This document shows, piece after piece, positions 62,573 through 64,000 of a stretch of DNA of 64,000 nt; position 1 is the first letter of the stretch, and each line of letters starts with the position of its first letter. Source of the stretch: Phaeosaccion multiseriatum (lineage: Eukaryota; Protista; Ochrophyta, other classes); NCBI GenBank assembly GCA_965112735.1, contig OZ218951.1:2232001-2296000 (forward strand), in the 5' to 3' direction. The notes below the pieces were generated by a model. The model saw only the letters and a list, made by a program, of their open reading frames with translations. It was not told the DNA's origin and ran no database searches. A program made the position numbers and the translations under genes.

Positions 62573-63373
62573 GTGACTCTGGCGAGTTCGCTGGAGGAGT
62601 TGAGATTCGGGAGGGTCTTTCACAGACCCATCGCTCTCGCTTCCTCGCTCAAGAAGCTTGCATTTTGCGAAATGTGGCGGTTCAATCAGGCTGATGTGAT
62701 TTTTCCGAGCCCGCTGGAGGAGGTGACATTCGGGAATGCATTTTACACATCCGTCGCTTTCCTTTTCTCCCTCAAGAAGCCTGCATTTTCCGAAATGCCG
62801 CGGTTCGTTCAAGCTGACGTGATCCTGCCGAGCTCGCTGGAGGAGGTGACATTCGGGACGGAGTTTAATAGACCCATCGCCTTTCTTCCCTTGCTGAGGA
62901 AGGTCACTTTTAAGTGGGACTCGCAGTTCAATCAGCCCTATGTGACCCTGCCGCTGGAGGAGGCGACATTTTGGAGGATATTTGACAGACACATCGCTTT
63001 CCCTTCGTCGCTCAAGAACCTTAGTTCTTGCGGGGACGCGCGATTCAATCAGGGTGCCGTGATTTTGCCGAGCTCGCTGGAGGAGGTACCATTCGGAAGG
63101 AGATTTGACAGTTCCATCGCTCTCCCTGCCTCTCTCAAGGAGGTCACCTTGACCCCCCTGGGGCTCGCGGTTCAATCAGCACCTGGTGGGGGGGGGGGGG
63201 GGGGGGGAGGGGGTGAGGATGGGGAGGGACTTTCGCCACCCCCTGGAGCTCCCTGCGTTTCTCCGGAGACTGGTGCTTGGAGAGAACTACACCTGCCAAT
63301 TGATGGACCGGCATGGTGGCCTCAAGTTTCCAAGGGTTATGAGACACTGTCCGCTGGCCGCAGATCCGCCTGA
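62573..63373 (+). pseudogene. Degenerate FNIP-repeat (LRR-like) gene fragment
   Basis: ~22-aa units such as LPSSLEEVTFGTEFNRPIA and FNQP occur ~9 times with many non-consensus substitutions. There is no clear start, and the frame breaks at a G-run near 63190-63207. Confidence 0.65.
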
Positions 63374-63599
63374 GGGGCTTAACGTGGACTGTGCTTCACA
63401 CACACTCTATCGTCTTGCTCAACATGCGCTTGGCTTGGTGGTGGACAAGGAAGGAGGGGAGGGAGGGACGATGAAGTTGCAAATCATAATACAAACAATA
63501 CTTCGTTCCTCAAGTCTTTTCTTGAATTCAAGGCTACTTTGATGTGAGGTACTCGCCCGCCCTAGCATCCCTTTTCCCTCCCTGTGTACTCCCCATCTC

Positions 63600-63680
63600 T
63601 GTGGATGTGCTGGTCACGATTTAGTCTCTGTGGATGTACTGGTCACGATTTAGTCTCTGTGGATTTGCTGATCACGATGC
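63600..63680. repeat. 29-bp tandem repeat (~3 copies)
   Basis: TGTGGATGT.CTGGTCACGATTTAGTCTC repeated. Confidence 0.8.
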
Positions 63681-63971
63681 GGTCCTCACAACTCCCCCTC
63701 CCCTCTTGGTCGCTCTCTCTCTCTCTCTCCCTCCCTCTCTCCCTCCCTCCCTTGCCCGCTCCAGAACTCCCCTCGCCCCCAGACAAGCTCCGCGCTAGGA
63801 CGAGAAGAGGACTACACCCGCTACACATCGTGGCCCCCTCTGCCCTCTGCCATTAGCCCTCTCCCGTCTCCTTCGCCCACTCTTCGCCACGCCAACCCCC
63901 CCCGGGAAGACCCTCTTACCTGACCCACTTCAAATCAACTAATTAACTCCCATCAAGTGCCATCAATCGCC

Positions 63972-64000
63972 ATGGCCGCCGCTATGCTTGGTACTGGCGC
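63972..64000 (+). CDS. Possible start of a gene running off the window (MAAAMLGTG...)
   Basis: ATG in a gccATGg context after a pyrimidine-rich leader. Only 9 codons are visible. Confidence 0.3.

Overview
Eukaryotic, intron-rich genomic DNA saturated with microsatellites. A bipartite plastid-targeting motif (SRA-FAP) points to an ochrophyte (stramenopile) alga. Manual splicing supports 10 intact genes, two probable pseudogenes, one weak fragment and one possible gene start at the window end. In order: a head-to-head pair of ankyrin paralogs (one decayed); an EgtE/cysteine-desulfurase-like PLP enzyme; a 7TM-RGS protein; a giant 15-exon gene; an ependymin/LolA-like secreted protein; a plastid GST2N-type protein; a Q-rich Nudix protein; an R2R3-MYB; an EF-hand LPEAT2/LPCAT-type acyltransferase; a secreted root-cap/VWD-like protein; a secreted SGNH/PC-esterase-like protein with Cys-rich repeats; and an FNIP-repeat remnant. 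Non-coding features include two related TA-flanked MITE-like elements and several mini- and microsatellites. The standout is the giant gene at 32949..19151 (minus strand, about 2709 aa). It fuses an Asteroid/FEN-like PIN nuclease, a DEVH-box DEAH/RHA RNA helicase with HA2, a G/Q/RG-rich disordered region and up to five LOTUS/OST-HTH-like domains. These are the domain types of animal germ-granule and RNA-silencing factors (MARF1, Spindle-E/TDRD9, TDRD5/7), here apparently in one polypeptide. All domain calls were made by eye and need HMM or structural confirmation.
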